From: a virus
Lineage: Duplodnaviria > Caudoviricetes
IMG/VR virus record: IMGVR_UViG_3300036715_001099
Location: 1-53,657 of that record
Length of the DNA stretch: 53,657 nucleotides
Reading direction: 5' to 3' (one strand)
A program made the position numbers and the translations under genes. The first letter of the stretch is position 1; every line of letters begins with the position of its first letter. This document shows positions 28,641-35,615 of the stretch, in pieces. The notes beneath the pieces were generated by a model, which searched no databases, was not told the DNA's origin, and saw only the letters and a program-made list of their open reading frames with translations.

Positions 28641-29165
28641 TTACGGAACGAGCTTGAAGATGCCGTGGGCCAGATCCCAGCGGAGGTCGGCGCGCGTGCC
28701 GCCGAGGGCGAGGAACTCGCCAACCGTGGTCGCGCCGCTGTAGGCTTCGAACCGAGCCGCGCAGGCGCCACGCTTGCCCATCCCGTCCACGGCCTGAATC
28801 TTCGTGTCCGGGGCCAGCTGCGCGGCCTTCGCCTTCGCCGGCTTCGCAGCCTGCGCGACCGTGGTCGGCGCCTGGCCCATGCGCTCGTCGAAGTAGGCCG
28901 CGGCCTGCGCGTTCGTGGCGTTGTCAGTGGAAATCTCGCAGGTCTGCCACACGCTCTTCGCGGTCTGCCCGTTGGCCTTGCGCCCGCGGCCGATGCCCGG
29001 CTCCTCATTGACCGCCTCCGCCCCGACCAGCCCTGCGGCGTCCAGCTTACCGAGCGCGTTGCGCGCGGCCGAGGCGCTGATGCCGAAGTGCTCGGCGACG
29101 TCCGTGGTGTGGACGGCGAACTCGGCGAAGACGTAGAGGTAGATGGACTTCAGGTCGGTGGTCAT
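28641..29165 (-). CDS. ADLRWD-domain protein C with N-terminal winged HTH
   Basis: TTDVAEHFGISASAARNALGKLDAAGLV (wHTH); KRGACAARFEAY...GGTRADLRWDLAHG. Confidence 0.85.
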   Translation of the reverse strand: MTTDLKSIYLYVFAEFAVHTTDVAEHFGISASAARNALGKLDAAGLVGAEAVNEEPGIGRGRKANGQTAKSVWQTCEISTDNATNAQAAAYFDERMGQAPTTVAQAAKPAKAKAAQLAPDTKIQAVDGMGKRGACAARFEAYSGATTVGEFLALGGTRADLRWDLAHGIFKLVP

Positions 29166-29268
29166 TTGCGGCTCCAGGCGGCGAGGTTGTTTGTTGCGCC
29201 GTTGAAAGAAGAGTAGCGCAGGTGTTCCGGTAATGCAAGCGACTATCTTCGGGTTCGTGACGATTTCT

Positions 29269-29306
29269 GTAAACTCCGCGCAGCGGGCAGGCTGCGCGGA
29301 GTTTAC
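29269..29306. repeat. 15-bp stem, 8-nt loop hairpin, copy 2
   Basis: GTAAACTCCGCGCAG-cgggcagg-CTGCGCGGAGTTTAC; compensatory change relative to copy 1. Confidence 0.85.
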
Positions 29307-29313
29307 GAGTGGC

Positions 29314-29583
29314 CTACTTGGAGACGACCGCGTAGCCGTGCGCGAGGTCCCAGCGCAGGTCGGCCATCTTCCCGCCGAGCAGGATGAACTCGGCGACCGA
29401 GGTGGCTGCGCTGTACTTCGCGAAGCGGGCGAAAGACGACGTGCCAGGCCGCTTCGGGTTTTCAGTGACGAAGCGCAGCCCCGTGACCGTGGTGTCGGTG
29501 CTGACCACCTTGCGCATGTCCCGGAGAACGGCGACGTCGGCGTACTTCGGGGAGGTGGCGTTCTTCAGGACGTTGGCGGACAT
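29314..29583 (-). CDS. ADLRWD-domain protein D
   Basis: ENPKRPGTSSFARFAKY...GGKMADLRWDLAHG; GGAG RBS; promoter cassette. Confidence 0.85.
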   Translation of the reverse strand: MSANVLKNATSPKYADVAVLRDMRKVVSTDTTVTGLRFVTENPKRPGTSSFARFAKYSAATSVAEFILLGGKMADLRWDLAHGYAVVSK

Positions 29584-29677
29584 GTGAGGCTCCAGGTGTT
29601 GCGTGAGGCGCGGGATGCGCCGTTGAAAGAAGAGTAGCAAGGTTCTTCAGGCGTTGCAAGTACCTTCTTCGTTTTAT

Positions 29678-29896
29678 TTACTTGACCACGGTGACGAACC
29701 CGTGAGCGAAGTCCCAGCGGAGGTCCGCAGCGGTGCCGCCGAGGAGGAACATCTCCGCGATGCAAGTAGCAGCGCAGTAGCGAGCGAACCGGGCCGCCGA
29801 GGCGCCACGCTTGCTGACGCCAGCCTTGAAAGCAATCTTCGTGACCTTCGTGCTGTTCGACTTGACGGTACGGAGATCGCGGATCGAGCGGGCCAT
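29678..29896 (-). CDS. ADLRWD-domain protein E (near stand-alone domain)
   Basis: KRGASAARFARY...GGTAADLRWDFAHG; GGAG RBS; promoter cassette. Confidence 0.85.
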   Translation of the reverse strand: MARSIRDLRTVKSNSTKVTKIAFKAGVSKRGASAARFARYCAATCIAEMFLLGGTAADLRWDFAHGFVTVVK

Positions 29897-30079
29897 GGTA
29901 GACTCCAGGTTCAGCGGGTTGACTGCGTTTGTGAGAGAAGAGTAACAGACTTCTTTGAGCGCTGCAACTTCTTTCTTCACTTTGTTTCGCGGCTTGCTGC
30001 GCACCGCACCGCGTCCCAACAAGAGAGAGGATAGTACCATCCTCTAAGGAACGCAAGCCCCTCGATGACGATTTCTGAA

Positions 30080-30117
30080 GAAAGTTCCCAAGTGCCTGGA
30101 ATCACTTGGGAACTTTC
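30080..30117. repeat. 15-bp stem, 8-nt loop hairpin, copy 3 (different sequence)
   Basis: GAAAGTTCCCAAGTG-cctggaat-CACTTGGGAACTTTC. Confidence 0.8.
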
Positions 30118-30125
30118 GAAGGCCG

Positions 30126-30899
30126 CTACTCGCAGCGTGCCGCGTGGATGCTGGGCTGAATCGCGACGAAGGGCCGCGGGGCGCTGCACAGGCCGGCGAT
30201 GTCGTCCTCCATGGCCTGTGCAGCGTAGTCCAGCGCGTTCCAGGGAGCCTGCGCCACAGCCTCGAGGCGCTCCTTGGCGCACCGTGCGCAGCCGCAGAAG
30301 CGGCTCTGCCCGCCGACGCACAGAGCGTCCTGCTCTTCCTTCGGCATCTCACGGCCACAGTCTACGCAGGCGTTGTTCAGGTAGCTACAGCCGCCAAGCT
30401 GCGCGCAGCGCGAAGGGTCCGTGGCGCTCGGCACGTCGTCGGCCAGCTGGAGTGGCGCCTGCTCGTACTCCGGGCGCGTGGTGGTCACGCCAGGCGCGTA
30501 CTCCGGCTCCACCACGGCGATGGGCTGGCCGCAGGTGTGGCAGTCCGCCGAGCCGCCGAAGATGTGGCCGTCGCGCTTGCACTCGGCCGCGCGGTCCGCC
30601 AGGTACTCGCCACGGTATGCGTTCACGCCCTGCGCAAGCGCCGCGTTGAAGATGTGGCTGGCCAGGTACTCCGCCGCCTCGGTCAGTTCCGCGTTGTTGC
30701 GCGGGGTCCGCACGTTCACCACGATGCCCTCGGCGCGGGCCATGGTCACAGCCGCCTTGTAGCGGTCCATCCGGCCCTCCACAGTGTGCCTGTAGTCCCG
30801 CTCCGACGTGAAGGTGGTCTCGTAGCCAGTCTGGAACCCGTAGTCCTTGCAGGCGAAGAGGGCGTAGTGGAAGGCGTCCTGAATCTTGCTGGCGTCCAT
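30126..30899 (-). CDS. hypothetical Cys-rich early protein
   Basis: Promoter cassette plus GGAG RBS; several CxxC motifs. Confidence 0.75.
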   Translation of the reverse strand: MDASKIQDAFHYALFACKDYGFQTGYETTFTSERDYRHTVEGRMDRYKAAVTMARAEGIVVNVRTPRNNAELTEAAEYLASHIFNAALAQGVNAYRGEYLADRAAECKRDGHIFGGSADCHTCGQPIAVVEPEYAPGVTTTRPEYEQAPLQLADDVPSATDPSRCAQLGGCSYLNNACVDCGREMPKEEQDALCVGGQSRFCGCARCAKERLEAVAQAPWNALDYAAQAMEDDIAGLCSAPRPFVAIQPSIHAARCE

Positions 30900-30998
30900 G
30901 GTGTGACTCCGGTTCGGCGTTGGCCGCGCCCTGTTGCGCGGTGTGAAGGAAGAGTAACCCGGGGCTCGCGGGATTGCAAGCCCCTTCTTCAAGTTTCT

Positions 30999-31250
30999 TC
31001 AAGCTTCTTCGCGGGGCATCCGGGTCCCGCAGCTGTGGCGCCCCACGTACATCTCGGAGCCGTCGGCGTACTCGTAGCAGGTGTCATCCCCGTCCGGGCT
31101 GGCAAACGCCTTCCCAGCGCGCATGTCGGCTTCGCCCTGCGCGGCGGCCATGTCCCGCACCTCCCGCTTCCGCTTACCAGCCACGATTCGTGCCACAGCC
31201 ATCGCGTACTCCGCCTGCGTGCCCTGGAATGCCGTCGGATCGTAACCCAT
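30999..31250 (-). CDS. hypothetical early protein
   Basis: Promoter cassette plus AAGGAG RBS before ATG 31250. Confidence 0.7.
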   Translation of the reverse strand: MGYDPTAFQGTQAEYAMAVARIVAGKRKREVRDMAAAQGEADMRAGKAFASPDGDDTCYEYADGSEMYVGRHSCGTRMPREEA

Positions 31251-31338
31251 GTTCAACTCCTTGCTGCGCGGAATTGCGCGGTGTGAAAGAAGAGTAACCC
31301 AGGGCTCGCGGGATTGCAAGCCCCGGGTCACAATTATT

Positions 31339-31602
31339 TTAGAAGTGCTTATCGAACTCCGCCAGGGCCATCGCCTCGGTGTACGCGGGGCCGCGGTAGC
31401 CGGACTGGAAGGCCTCGGCGGGACCAACGTTGTGCCAGTAGACCCCGTCCGCGCAGCCGACCATGTTGGCCTTGATGAGATGCCTGGCCAGGGCCTCAAC
31501 CTCGGGGACCGTGACGCCCACGGCCTGCGCCAGTTCGTTCATGTTGGGGTCCATGTTGTGGAAGATGAACAGGAAGGCGGTCTTTATCTTGTTGCGATCC
31601 AT
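31339..31602 (-). CDS. small winged-HTH-like early protein
   Basis: MNELAQAVGVTVPEVEALARHLIKANMV; promoter cassette. Confidence 0.65.
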   Translation of the reverse strand: MDRNKIKTAFLFIFHNMDPNMNELAQAVGVTVPEVEALARHLIKANMVGCADGVYWHNVGPAEAFQSGYRGPAYTEAMALAEFDKHF

Positions 31603-31680
31603 TTTCGGCTCCTTGTTGCGCGGCACCATTGCCGTGAAAGAAGAGTAGCACAGCGCTCGGCGATTGCAAGCCCCTTCTTC

Positions 31681-31716
31681 AAAATAAAAGCGGGGCCAGC
31701 TGCGCGGCTGGCCCCG
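31681..31716 (-). terminator. intrinsic terminator
   Basis: Minus strand CGGGGCCAGC-cgcgca-GCTGGCCCCG then CTTTTATTTT. Confidence 0.8.
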
Positions 31717-31722
31717 TGGTGC

Positions 31723-32034
31723 TCAGCCCGGATAGCTGGCATCCCAGGGCGCGCCCGTGTAGGCGTTCCACCCTTCGGCTTGGCCGCACAGGAAGATGGT
31801 GGCTGCGAGCCAGCTGGCGTAGCGATCCCACGCGGGCCCTGTGGCGCACTGTGGCGGGCGCAGCGCGTAGATACCCACCACAGCCGCGCAGTTCACGGCA
31901 CGCTGCGCGTAGTCGACCTGTTCGCTGATGCTTTGCGCACAGTCGTTGGTCGATTCGTGACCGTAGCGCATCCCGCCATCTTGCATGGCAGCGATCGCCA
32001 AATGGTAGGCCCGCTGCAATGTATCCTTATTCAT
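31723..32034 (-). CDS. hypothetical early protein
   Basis: Promoter cassette plus TAAGGAG RBS. Confidence 0.7.
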   Translation of the reverse strand: MNKDTLQRAYHLAIAAMQDGGMRYGHESTNDCAQSISEQVDYAQRAVNCAAVVGIYALRPPQCATGPAWDRYASWLAATIFLCGQAEGWNAYTGAPWDASYPG

Positions 32035-32110
32035 TTGCGTCTCCTTACTGCGCGGCACCATTGCCGTGAAAGAAGAGTAGCACTGGCTCCCACCGAACGC
32101 AAGCCCCTCA

Positions 32111-32779
32111 TCACAAAAACTTCACGTAACCCTTTTTCATGTCCCATGCAAGATCCGCACTCGTACCGCCCCGGGCGTGGTACTCCGCGACCGTTGGGGC
32201 GCCCATGTAGCCGGCGAACCGGGCCGCCGAGGCGCCACGCTTCGGGTTCGCCTGTACGAGCCACTCCAAGCGCCGCACGTCGGCCAGAGCGTGCGCAGCC
32301 ACACCTGCGGCGACCTTGACCCCAGACAGCTTGGTAACGACGAGCTCGTTCGGCAGGCCCATCCGCCTGCAAGAAGAGTGCGCCCGGCGCTCGCCCGGCA
32401 CAAACCGCTTGAAGTAGAAGACATGATCGCACGCGGGGCATACACCCTTGAAGCCTGTGGTGGGCGGGGGAATGACCGCGTCGGCTTCGCTGAAGTACCG
32501 CTCGGGCTTGCACCCGAGCGACACGGCCCACCTCTGCCAGAGCGGCCCGTGGCCTGCGGCGTAGCCTGCGATCGCGTGGGCGATCTCGTGGAGGATGGTG
32601 TCTAGCACAGCGGGCCGCTCGTTGGCTTCGGTCAACTCCACTGACAGGCAGATCTCCATGGCCTCATACTTGCACATCCCGAAGGACTTGGAGCTACGCA
32701 CGAAGCTGAACACCCATCGGGCGTCCAGGTAGCGGGACATCTCATGGCGGGCCAGTTGCGCAGCTTCGATCAGGTTCAT
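32111..32779 (-). CDS. SprT-like zinc metalloprotease fused to ADLRWD domain (protein F)
   Basis: G.C......I.LS...DTILHEIAHA....GHG..W SprT motif, CxxC; C-terminal NPKRGASAARF..Y...GGTSADLAWDMKKG. Confidence 0.85.
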   Translation of the reverse strand: MNLIEAAQLARHEMSRYLDARWVFSFVRSSKSFGMCKYEAMEICLSVELTEANERPAVLDTILHEIAHAIAGYAAGHGPLWQRWAVSLGCKPERYFSEADAVIPPPTTGFKGVCPACDHVFYFKRFVPGERRAHSSCRRMGLPNELVVTKLSGVKVAAGVAAHALADVRRLEWLVQANPKRGASAARFAGYMGAPTVAEYHARGGTSADLAWDMKKGYVKFL

Positions 32780-32875
32780 GTGGTGTTCTCCTAGCGAGAA
32801 GGCAGGTGTAGCAGAGCTCGCGCCCCAACGCAAGCGGCCCGATGACGATTTCTCGCCAACGGGCCGCGGGTGGAT

Positions 32876-32995
32876 GGTCGGTTCTCAAGCGTACCACAGA
32901 TCGCTCGAGCGGTGTAAGAAATCTTCGAGCGTCGGCGGGGCGGTCAAGGTCGGTTCTCAAGCGTACCACAGATCGCTCGAGCGGTGTAAGAAATC
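32876..32995. repeat. two exact 48-bp direct repeats 24 bp apart (tandem promoter with palindromic core)
   Basis: GGTCGGTTCTCAAGCGTACCACAGATCGCTCGAGCGGTGTAAGAAATC at 32876-32923 and 32948-32995. Confidence 0.9.
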
Positions 32996-33210
32996 AGCGC
33001 AGCCGACGCTCTCGGTGCTTTGCGTCGGCTGCGCCGGACTTTGCGCCCCGTTTGACAGCCAAACCGCGCCAGGCGCAGCCGCTTGGCTTTACAGCGTAGA
33101 AAGCCCCTTGTGGCTACCCGCGCCCATGTGCTAGCCCGCCGTCGCTCTGGCGGGGCGCCTGGCGCTCCGATTTTGCTTGCCAAGCGCCCCGCAGCGTGCC
33201 AACGGCTCGG

Positions 33211-34632
33211 CTAGCGGTGTCGCGTGGCCAGGTCGCCCTTCAGAGCGTCCAGCAGCGCGGTTTGGCGCTTGCCCTTGGACTTGAGCGCGCCGAGCACGGC
33301 CTGGTCGATGGTATTCTTCGCGACGATGCGCGTGACCACCACCCGCTCCTTCTGACCCTGCCGCCAGATGCGCCGGTTGAACTGCTCGTAGAGCTCGAGG
33401 TCCCACGTCAGCCCGTACCAGATCACCGCGGCCCCGACCTCTTGCATGTTCAGGCCATGCGCCACGCTCGCCGGCTGTGCAAGCAAGATGGGAAGCTCGC
33501 CACGGTTCCACTTGAGCTCGATATCACGCTGCTGCGCCGTGGTGGTCCCGCCTCCCAGGTGCGGTACCGGCCCGTCGCAGTACGGCGCGAGCGCCACCTT
33601 CAGCCGCTCCATGTCATGCTGAAACTCGTACGCGATGAAGGCGGGCTTGCCGCTGAGCTCCTCGATCAGCGAGATGAGCGCTTCGGTCTTCGCATCGTGC
33701 AGGTGCTCCGACTTGCGCTTCTTCTTGCCGACAGTGACTTCGTCGTCGCCCATCAGGTAGAGCCCTCCGTTAGCAATCTGCCTGCACTTGCCAGCGGCGG
33801 ACGCGGTGTTCGGTGCGACGACTGCCTCGTCACGAATCTGCGTCACCAGGAGCTCCTCCATCTCGTCGTACACCTTGCGCGCCTTCTCGGGAAGCTCGAC
33901 GGTGATGGTGTTCTCAATCAGCGGCGGGAGCTCGAGGTAGTCGGCGCCCGACATGCGAAGTACGTACGGCCTGATCGCCTCGGTGATGGCCTCCTCGGCC
34001 CCCGCGCGCAGCGTCCACGTGAAGCCACCGAAGCCGGTCTGGTCGAAGTATTTCATCCGGTAGTGACTGATGAACTTTCCGAGCGACTTCCCGAGGTCCA
34101 CGATGTACATCTGTCCGAAGAGGTCCATCATCCCGTTGGGCGATGGCGTTCCAGTCAGGATGTAGCGACGCTTGAACTTCGGAAGTACCGGGCGCAGCGC
34201 CTTGAACCGCTTGGTCGTGGTGTGCTTGAAGCGCGTGCTCTCGTCGACGATGAGCATGTCCCACCAGAATCGCTTCTTCTTCGGCAGCTTCTTCATCGCC
34301 GCGAAGAGCCACTCCAGACCCTCCGGGTTGATGACGCTGATGTCGTGCGGCTCGAGGAGCAGAGCATCCTTCTTCGGACCGTGCAACACCGACACTCGCA
34401 GGTCGGCGAAGTTGTCCCATTTCTCGCGCTCGTTGGGCCACGCGCTGTGAGCCACGCGCAGCGGCGCGATCACAAGTACGCGCTCGACCAGCTTCTGCCG
34501 GCGAAGTAGGTTGGCGATGGAGTAGCTGATACTCGTCTTCCCCAACCCGGGATCGAGGAACAGCCCGCCGAAGGACTGCGCGACGCCGAACTTGATGGCC
34601 TTCTTCTGGTAGTCGTGTGGTGTGTACTTCAT
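33211..34632 (-). CDS. SNF2-family helicase
   Basis: HDYQ, LDPGLGKT, IVDES, LTGTP, HGLN.Q, Q...RIWRQGQ motifs. Confidence 0.93.
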   Translation of the reverse strand: MKYTPHDYQKKAIKFGVAQSFGGLFLDPGLGKTSISYSIANLLRRQKLVERVLVIAPLRVAHSAWPNEREKWDNFADLRVSVLHGPKKDALLLEPHDISVINPEGLEWLFAAMKKLPKKKRFWWDMLIVDESTRFKHTTTKRFKALRPVLPKFKRRYILTGTPSPNGMMDLFGQMYIVDLGKSLGKFISHYRMKYFDQTGFGGFTWTLRAGAEEAITEAIRPYVLRMSGADYLELPPLIENTITVELPEKARKVYDEMEELLVTQIRDEAVVAPNTASAAGKCRQIANGGLYLMGDDEVTVGKKKRKSEHLHDAKTEALISLIEELSGKPAFIAYEFQHDMERLKVALAPYCDGPVPHLGGGTTTAQQRDIELKWNRGELPILLAQPASVAHGLNMQEVGAAVIWYGLTWDLELYEQFNRRIWRQGQKERVVVTRIVAKNTIDQAVLGALKSKGKRQTALLDALKGDLATRHR

Positions 34633-34925
34633 GTGACCTCCGGGGCTTCGAGGAAGGTGTCGATGAGTGACTTGCCTGCGGCGATGTCGTCGATGACGAA
34701 GACGGGGAAGCCCTTCTCCATCATCTGCTGATGGAACGCCGCTTGCTGTGGTGTCGCCGCTCCGCCCGGCTTCTTGAACTCGATGAACAACGTGCGACCC
34801 GCGAAGAGGAACATGCGGTCAGGCCATCCGCGAGCACCGAGCCCATTCATCTTGCGAATGAGGCAGCCGCGCTTCTTCGCATGTGCCACCACTGACTCCT
34901 CGATGGTCTTCTCTAGTAGCGGCAC
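34629..34925 (-). CDS. VRR-NUC domain nuclease
   Basis: LEK.IE...GWPDR...FIEFK.PG....QQ; GTG start inferred. Confidence 0.88.
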   Translation of the reverse strand: MPLLEKTIEESVVAHAKKRGCLIRKMNGLGARGWPDRMFLFAGRTLFIEFKKPGGAATPQQAAFHQQMMEKGFPVFVIDDIAAGKSLIDTFLEAPEVT

Positions 34926-35614
34926 GGGCCACCCTTGCTCTTGCTGTACGGGCACCACCGACAGGACATACTCGGCTTCGCCATGAAGATCGTGTCGCTC
35001 AGCATCGGCTTGACCCGCTTCTCCCAATTCTTCATCAGCGCAGGGAGCATGTCGCGGGTGACCACGCCCTCCGGACGGCGTACCGGCTCCGGCCCGTGGT
35101 CGGTGAAAATCAGCTGGCCTGTGGCGCGCTCCAGCTGCGGCTGCTTCAATAGCGCGACCACGCCGTAGATGTTCAGCTGGTCGTCGTATTCACCGTCGGG
35201 CTTGTACTTCCCCGTCTTCCAGTCCGTGATCCATGCCTCGTTCTCGTCGACCTCGATCACGTCCATCTTCACGCGCAGCCATGCGTCCTTCGCGAACCAA
35301 TCCACTGGGCGCCATTTCACATCGAACGCGAGCTCTTGCTCCACGTAGACGTTCCCGCCCGGGTACTGCGCGCGGAGTTCGTCGAGCTTCGGCCGTACAG
35401 CGACGAGATCCTTGTGCAGCGCACGCGTTCCGCCGACGATGTACTGCTCGGCCGCGCTGTGGATCGCGATGCCGCGGGTCATCGCCGGCCCACCCGGGTC
35501 GGGCAGCTTGTCAATCTCCTTGTACTTCGTCTTCGCGGGGCACTGTTCGTAATTCCCCAGTCGGCTGATTGACCACGCCGTCAGGGTCTTGGCTTTGGTT
35601 GTCTTGAACGTCAT
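34913..35614 (-). CDS. PD-(D/E)XK (Cas4/RecB-like) exonuclease
   Basis: WS.SRL..Y.QCP, RG..IH, KMD, ITDWKTGK, QL..Y, CRWCPY...C. Confidence 0.88.
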   Translation of the reverse strand: MTFKTTKAKTLTAWSISRLGNYEQCPAKTKYKEIDKLPDPGGPAMTRGIAIHSAAEQYIVGGTRALHKDLVAVRPKLDELRAQYPGGNVYVEQELAFDVKWRPVDWFAKDAWLRVKMDVIEVDENEAWITDWKTGKYKPDGEYDDQLNIYGVVALLKQPQLERATGQLIFTDHGPEPVRRPEGVVTRDMLPALMKNWEKRVKPMLSDTIFMAKPSMSCRWCPYSKSKGGPCRY

Positions 35615-35615
35615 G

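Larger units (their letters stand above)
25534..32995 (-). promoter_or_regulatory. array of about 17 repeated sigma70-like early promoters, consensus cTTGCA/G-N17-TACTCT-tctttcac
   Basis: + strand motif TGAAAGAAGAGTA..N..GCAAG or variants near 25534-25572, 26471-26504, 26901-26940, 27430-27466, 27780-27817, 28575-28612, 29201-29239, 29622-29660, 29931-29968, 30020-30057, 30941-30980, 31281-31320, 31634-31670, 32066-32103, 32796-32833, plus two copies in the 48-bp repeat; nearly all sit just upstream of an RBS and start codon. Confidence 0.88.

Noticed and set aside
32876-32995. Possible mini CRISPR array
   Set aside because: Only two 48-bp repeats with a 24-bp spacer, the repeat itself reads as a promoter, and no cas operon is present
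25500-33000. Integron cassette array with attC sites
   Set aside because: No IntI or other tyrosine recombinase, no GTTRRRY/RYYYAAC cores, and the repeats are promoters upstream of genes
34913-35614. cas4 as evidence of a CRISPR system
   Set aside because: Stand-alone PD-(D/E)XK nuclease between polA and VRR-NUC/SNF2, a routine phage replication arrangement
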